This document shows positions 59,568 to 64,000 of a stretch of 64,000 nt of DNA, piece after piece; position 1 is the first letter of the stretch, and each line of letters begins with the position of its first letter. Below the pieces are notes generated by a model. That model did no database searches and had not been told where the DNA came from. It was given only the letters and a program-made list of their open reading frames with translations. The translations under genes and the position numbers were made by a program. This stretch comes from Niabella sp. GTDB lineage: Bacteria > Bacteroidota > Bacteroidia > Chitinophagales > Chitinophagaceae. Location of the stretch: positions 22,688-86,687 of the forward strand of contig DAORWU010000013.1 in the NCBI GenBank assembly GCA_035434405.1. The letters run 5' to 3'.

Positions 59568-60767
59568 ATGTCTAAGTTTAGCGAATATGATTTTAATGGC
59601 CAGAAAGTCCTGATTAGAGTGGACTTCAATGTCCCTTTAAATGAGAAAATGGAAATCACTTCTGATGCACGAATGAAAGCGGCTGTTCCTACCATAAAAA
59701 AAATATTGAGTGATGGCGGAAAGGTTATTTTGATGAGCCATCTGGGTAGGCCAAAAAACGGACCAGAAGATAAATTTTCCCTAAAACACCTGATACGTCA
59801 TTTGAGTGTGTTGCTGGATGGTGCAACTGTTTTATTTGCCAATGATTGTGTTGGTGAGCAGGCACTTCTTACAGCAGATATGATGCGTCCAGGTGAAGTC
59901 TTATTATTAGAAAACTTGCGTTTCTATAAAGAAGAAGAAAAAGGCGATGAGGCATTTGCAGAAAAGTTGAGTAAACTGGGTGATGTATATGTGAACGATG
60001 CATTTGGCACAGCGCACAGGGCACATGCTTCTACTGCTATTATCGCAAATTTTTTCCCTGCTGAAAAAAGAATGTTTGGACTGTTGATGGAAGCAGAGGT
60101 AAACAGTGCACAACAAGTGTTGAACGGTGCCAAGAAACCATTTACAGCAATCTTAGGCGGTGCAAAGGTTTCTGACAAAATAATGATCATAGAAAACCTG
60201 ATGGAAAAAGCAACAGACATCATTATAGGTGGTGGAATGGCTTATACTTTCTTTAAAGCCTTGGGAGGCAATATTGGTGCTTCCCTTTGTGAAGAAGATA
60301 AAATTGATACAGCTAAAGAAATACTGGCGAAGGCAAAGGAAAAAAATGTGAATATTCATTTGCCCGGTGATAGTATTATTGCAGATAAGTTTGCTGCTGA
60401 TGCCAATGTATCAGAATCTCCAAGCAATAATGTTCCTGAAGGGTGGATGGGATTGGATATTGCAAAAGAAGCCAGACAACAGTTTTCTAATGTAATCAAA
60501 AATTCTAAAACCATTTTATGGAATGGTCCAATGGGTGTGTTTGAAATGGAAAAGTTTCAGGCAGGTACCAAGGCTATTGCAGAGGCAGTTGCCGAAGCCA
60601 CTGAAAACGGTTCTTTTTCGCTTGTAGGTGGCGGAGATAGTGTAGCCGCTGTGAACAAATTTGGCTTTACGGATAAGGTTAGCTACGTATCTACTGGCGG
60701 TGGTGCTATGCTTGAATTTTTCGAAGGCAAAGAATTACCCGGAATCGCTGCAGTAAACAGGGCCTAA
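59568..60767 (+). CDS. pgk: Phosphoglycerate kinase
   Basis: 399 aa with [10 protein letters not shown]...MSHLGRP...[11 protein letters not shown]...STGGGA. Confidence 0.95.
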   Translation: MSKFSEYDFNGQKVLIRVDFNVPLNEKMEITSDARMKAAVPTIKKILSDGGKVILMSHLGRPKNGPEDKFSLKHLIRHLSVLLDGATVLFANDCVGEQALLTADMMRPGEVLLLENLRFYKEEEKGDEAFAEKLSKLGDVYVNDAFGTAHRAHASTAIIANFFPAEKRMFGLLMEAEVNSAQQVLNGAKKPFTAILGGAKVSDKIMIIENLMEKATDIIIGGGMAYTFFKALGGNIGASLCEEDKIDTAKEILAKAKEKNVNIHLPGDSIIADKFAADANVSESPSNNVPEGWMGLDIAKEARQQFSNVIKNSKTILWNGPMGVFEMEKFQAGTKAIAEAVAEATENGSFSLVGGGDSVAAVNKFGFTDKVSYVSTGGGAMLEFFEGKELPGIAAVNRA

Positions 60768-60793
60768 AAACTAAAAAGAATATTTTGTAAAAA

Positions 60794-60822
60794 GTAGTAT
60801 CCACCCAGATGCTACTTTTTTT
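60794..60822 (+). terminator. Rho-independent terminator after pgk
   Basis: GTAGTATC (60794-60801) / GATGCTAC (60808-60815, one G-U pair) with a 6-nt loop, then T7. Confidence 0.65.
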
Positions 60823-61004
60823 GCTTCAATCGGCTTATTTCCTTTTTTTACAAACAATATGATCATATTTGTGCAATTGGTATCAATGATCCAATTGTTT
60901 CCACATCATCTGTAATACTTGAATTAAAATATACTGTACTGGAAAATATGAAACCAGCTAACGCCAACACTTTTTCCAATAAATAGGATCAGCATAAATT
61001 ACAA

Positions 61005-61029
61005 AGGCCACCAAAAAATTTGGCGGCCT
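61005..61029 (-). terminator. Terminator-like hairpin after the FKBP lipoprotein gene
   Basis: AGGCCACCA / TGGCGGCCT (8 of 9 pairs) with a 7-nt A/T loop. The minus strand is followed by TTTGTAATTT, an interrupted T-run. Confidence 0.35.
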
Positions 61030-61052
61030 TTAATATAAATATATTCAATATA

Positions 61053-62081
61053 TTATTTACCCTGAGCAGGCTGAGGTTGTGGAACAGGTGGTGCCATAGG
61101 AGGCATTGTATCCGTTACACTTAGAATCTCAACATTGAAAAGCATTGGAGCATAAGGTTTGAATTTTCCGCCCATTCCATCTTTACCATAGGCAAGATAA
61201 CCAGGCAAGAAAATAGTTCCCTTACCACCACCTTTAAAGGCTTTCAATCCATCTTCAAACCCAGGAATGGCACCACTTTTACCAATTTGAATAGGGAACT
61301 CTCCTGAGTCGAATGTACTGTCCTTTTGTATTAATTTACCTTCATACTTCACTTTTGCCCATTTGCCATCTGTAAGTGCAGAACCGTTACCAGGATTGTC
61401 GATTTTTACAAAAGCACCTTGTGGCATGGTGGTAGCAGTAAACCCTTTAGATGCAATAAAGCTTTTTACTTCTTCATCTTGTTTTTGCTTTTCACCAGTT
61501 TTGGCTAATTCAGCTACATCCTTTTTGAATTTGGCTTCCTGCTCTTTGGCCATTTTAGCCATCATCTCTTCCTGCTCTTTTTTGGCACGAGGTGCATCTT
61601 TCACCTGCTCTTTTTCAAAATCTAACTTAGCAATACTATCACTTGTAAATACATCAATTACTTTATAGTGATAAGTTAATTTATCCCCTTTCTTCATAAA
61701 AGGAGGCAACTGATTGGCCTGTACTAATCCTTTGCTGATCGCTGAATCTACATAAACAATAGCAATCAGGCTATCTCCTTTTTTCAGATATTTGAAAACT
61801 TCTGATGGATCATAATATGGCTGACCCTGTGGAATATCCTGAATGGGTGCAAATACAGGTAATTTACCATGAGTATCAGTCATTATAGTATCACTGCTAC
61901 CGCTTAATTCTACCTTCATATTCATCTTAAGAATATTACCAACTTTGGAGCTATCCTTGCTTCCACCTTCAAAGATTTTATACTTCAATCCATTAGCAGT
62001 AGTCTTCATATCATTGCCCGAACATGCTGCGAATCCTAAGGAAACAGCAACGGCAAAACCTAAAATTTGGGAACGTTTCAT
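61053..62081 (-). CDS. FKBP-type peptidyl-prolyl isomerase lipoprotein (extended N-terminal region)
   Basis: 342 aa with lipobox GFAAC. The C-terminal FKBP domain reads VKYEGKL..DSTFDSG...IPGFEDGL...GGKGTIFLPGYLAYG. It also has a Lys/Glu-rich linker and a Pro-rich tail. Confidence 0.8.
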   Translation of the reverse strand: MKRSQILGFAVAVSLGFAACSGNDMKTTANGLKYKIFEGGSKDSSKVGNILKMNMKVELSGSSDTIMTDTHGKLPVFAPIQDIPQGQPYYDPSEVFKYLKKGDSLIAIVYVDSAISKGLVQANQLPPFMKKGDKLTYHYKVIDVFTSDSIAKLDFEKEQVKDAPRAKKEQEEMMAKMAKEQEAKFKKDVAELAKTGEKQKQDEEVKSFIASKGFTATTMPQGAFVKIDNPGNGSALTDGKWAKVKYEGKLIQKDSTFDSGEFPIQIGKSGAIPGFEDGLKAFKGGGKGTIFLPGYLAYGKDGMGGKFKPYAPMLFNVEILSVTDTMPPMAPPVPQPQPAQGK

Positions 62082-62154
62082 TTTTTGATTTTTATTTTTT
62101 GTTTTATTTTACTTTGATTATAAAAGACATCAGACAACTCATCTAAAGAGTAAC

Positions 62155-63162
62155 TTATTGCAGAATTGTTTCATTTTCATGAATGGCTTCTTTAAACTTG
62201 GCCACTGTTTCCGGGATTAAATCTTTAGAATTTCCTCCGGATGCATTGTAATGTCCTCCTCCGTTGAAATATTTTCGTGCAAAAGTATTACAATCAAAAT
62301 CACCCTTGCTTCTAAAGCTCCATTTCCTTTCCTCATCTCTGTCTATGACCAACCCCGCAAATTTGATTCCTTGTACCGATAATGGATAATTCACTAATCC
62401 TTCTGTTTCTCCGGTCTTTACTTCATATTTGAGCAAATCCTGTTTGGTGATGACGATCAAAGCAGTATTCACTTCATAGAAAAACTCCAATCGATTGCTT
62501 AATACATGACCGATGAACCTTAAACGATTCTCTAGAAAATTATCAAACAGATTGCTGTGTATCTGAGCATGGTTTAATCCGGTTGCCATCAGTCTGGCTA
62601 CCATTAAATGTACCGATGCTTTTGTAGAGGAGAACCTAAAGGAACCAGTATCAGTAACCACACCTGCATACAGGCATTGGGCTATTGTCAGATCTAAAGA
62701 ATTTTCCATTCCAGCCTCTACCACAAAATCATACACCATTTCGCAGGTTGAGCTTTTAGCTGTTTCACTAATTCCGAAATCGAAACTAGGTGCATCTGGT
62801 TGTTCATGATGATCTATCAATGCTTTGACACAATTCAAACTAGCCAATACCGAAGCCATATTCTTTGTTCGGTGAAAAATATTGAAATCCAGACAAAATA
62901 AGATCTGAGTATTGTTCAACACCTCTACTGCTTTCTCGGTAAACTTTTCAAAATTGATCACTTCACTACATCCTGGCATCCAATTGAGCCAAGCGGCCCA
63001 GTTGGTTGGAGAAATTACGGTCACTTCGTGTCCCATCTTTTTCAAAAAATGGCCTAACCCGAGAGCAGAACCCATGGCATCGGCATCAGGCTTTTGATGC
63101 ATGGTAATCACAATCCTGGAAGGATGCGATAATAATGGAATGATGGATGCTATCGAGTTCAT
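62155..63162 (-). CDS. nrnA: DHH family phosphoesterase (NrnA-like oligoribonuclease/pAp phosphatase)
   Basis: 335 aa with HQKPDADAMGSALGL, DHH (IDHHE) and the GGGH motif of DHHA1 (FNGGGHYNASGG). Confidence 0.8.
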   Translation of the reverse strand: MNSIASIIPLLSHPSRIVITMHQKPDADAMGSALGLGHFLKKMGHEVTVISPTNWAAWLNWMPGCSEVINFEKFTEKAVEVLNNTQILFCLDFNIFHRTKNMASVLASLNCVKALIDHHEQPDAPSFDFGISETAKSSTCEMVYDFVVEAGMENSLDLTIAQCLYAGVVTDTGSFRFSSTKASVHLMVARLMATGLNHAQIHSNLFDNFLENRLRFIGHVLSNRLEFFYEVNTALIVITKQDLLKYEVKTGETEGLVNYPLSVQGIKFAGLVIDRDEERKWSFRSKGDFDCNTFARKYFNGGGHYNASGGNSKDLIPETVAKFKEAIHENETILQ

Positions 63163-63252
63163 AAAAAGAGGCGCAAAAATAGGTAAATTACGTTCATAAT
63201 TAAATAATAAGTTTTATTACCTTTGCCAACCAAAAAATTTTTACATTACATT

Positions 63253-63669
63253 ATGAGCAATCGTACATTTACTATGATCAAGCCCGACGCTATGGAAAAT
63301 GGCAATGCGGGTGCAATTTTAGATCGAATTATTAAAGAAGGATATAAGATTGTAGCACTGAAGCTAACTAAACTGACACCTGAAAAAGCTGGTGAGTTTT
63401 ACTTAGTACATAAAGAAAGACCATTTTACAATGATTTAGTATCCTTTATGAGCCGTGGTCCAATCATGGCTGCAATTCTGGAAAAAGAAAATGCAGTATC
63501 CACATTTCGCGAATTGATTGGTGCCACTAACCCTGCTAATGCAGCAGAAGGTACTATTCGTAAAACATTTGCTACCTCTATCGAAGAGAATGCCGTTCAT
63601 GGTAGTGACAGCGATGAAAATGCGGCGATTGAAGGTAATTTCTTTTTCAACTATTTTGAAAGAGTTTAA
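63253..63669 (+). CDS. ndk: Nucleoside-diphosphate kinase
   Basis: I prefer the ATG at 63253 ([13 protein letters not shown]...). The active-site motif is NAVHGSDS. Confidence 0.95.
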   Translation: MSNRTFTMIKPDAMENGNAGAILDRIIKEGYKIVALKLTKLTPEKAGEFYLVHKERPFYNDLVSFMSRGPIMAAILEKENAVSTFRELIGATNPANAAEGTIRKTFATSIEENAVHGSDSDENAAIEGNFFFNYFERV

Positions 63670-63690
63670 CCGTTCGAATAGAAATAAAAC

Positions 63691-63723
63691 AAAAAACCGC
63701 TCCCAGAAAGAAGCGGTTTTTTT
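63691..63723. terminator. Bidirectional intrinsic terminator between ndk and the convergent amidohydrolase gene
   Basis: AAAAAACCGCT / AGCGGTTTTTT with the 10-nt loop cccagaaaga. The A-run and T-run flanks allow termination in both directions. Confidence 0.75.
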
Positions 63724-63735
63724 GTTTTTGAATTT

Positions 63736-64000
63736 TTATAACCGATAAAACCTAATGGCGTTCCCTCCATAAAAAGCTTGCTTTTCATGACTTGAGAAGG
63801 CTTGAAAATACTTATCTACAATTGCTTTCATTTTTTTGTAGGAGGCGGCCACTAAACAAACCGGCCAATCGCTTCCATACATGATTCTTTTGGTTCCAAA
63901 AGCTTCCACTACAATATCTAAATAGGGATTAAAATCGATTGGCTTCCAAAATCTCCAATCGGCTTCGGTTACCATTCCGCTGATTTTACAAAAAACATTT
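63736..64000 (-). CDS. Amidohydrolase family protein (Amidohydro_2-like), C-terminal part; N-terminus beyond the window
   Basis: ...NVFCKISGMVTEADW...IMYGSDWPVC...FYGGNAIRFYRL*. The frame stays open upstream of the track ATG (63975) to base 64000. Confidence 0.7.
   Translation of the reverse strand, partial: NVFCKISGMVTEADWRFWKPIDFNPYLDIVVEAFGTKRIMYGSDWPVCLVAASYKKMKAIVDKYFQAFSSHEKQAFYGGNAIRFYRL

Noticed and set aside
1-64000. Window-wide look for CRISPR arrays, rRNA, IS elements/transposases, integrases, prophage or toxin-antitoxin modules
   Set aside because: I saw no regularly spaced direct repeats, no rRNA-like sequence and no ORF with transposase, integrase or phage hallmarks. The scan was visual only, so short or degenerate elements could have been missed.

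Overview
This 64-kb window reads as a chromosomal segment from a Bacteroidota genome, probably Sphingobacteriia/Chitinophagia-like. Supporting signs are a TonB-dependent receptor with a carboxypeptidase-regulatory N-terminus paired with a DUF4249-like lipoprotein, a DUF3822-like gene beside rsmD, TAnnTTTG-type -7 boxes, and no obvious Shine-Dalgarno sites. I support about 50 protein genes, 2 tRNAs (Leu-GAG, Glu-UUC), several intrinsic terminators and a few operator-like palindromes. I found no rRNA, CRISPR array, integrase, transposase or intact mobile element.

Gene content is mostly housekeeping:
- Core functions: trpS, lepA, clpB, gap, pgk, ndk, rsmD, rsmI, purS, pssA, nhaA, nrnA.
- Carbohydrate use: an araB-araD-araA-SSF symporter operon at 0.5-6.5 kb, and a GH51 arabinofuranosidase, metallophosphoesterase, SDR and aldose-epimerase block at 38-42.6 kb.
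- Sugar uptake: two FucP/GluP-type MFS transporters plus a ROK kinase.
- An accessory-looking stress/xenobiotic block at 10-18.6 kb: short SSB, an ArsR-SRPBCC-DoxX-YdeI operon, GyrI-like, GATase1, AraC, O-methyltransferase, an orphan diheme cytochrome c, and an NPP-type phosphodiesterase.

The items most worth a second look:
1. A divergent pair at 18.7-26.6 kb. One partner is a 1606-aa TamB-like protein. The other is a ~930-aa protein whose C-terminus looks like an Omp85 barrel (ARGY and FWDNTG motifs), but whose periplasmic part is an HExxH region plus PD40-like repeats rather than recognisable POTRA domains.
2. A gene-decay zone on both sides of tRNA-Leu: a sulfatase remnant and fragments of a beta-helix protein.
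3. An internally deleted GIY-YIG/DUF4357 gene remnant next to clpB.
4. A DoxX-like gene interrupted by a single in-frame TGA.
5. A co-directional NUDIX-CYTH gene pair.
6. A 523-bp intergenic region carrying an orphan plus-strand terminator, which may mark a small RNA.

All family assignments come from reading the translations and recalling family motifs. No database search was run, so they remain hypotheses until checked.
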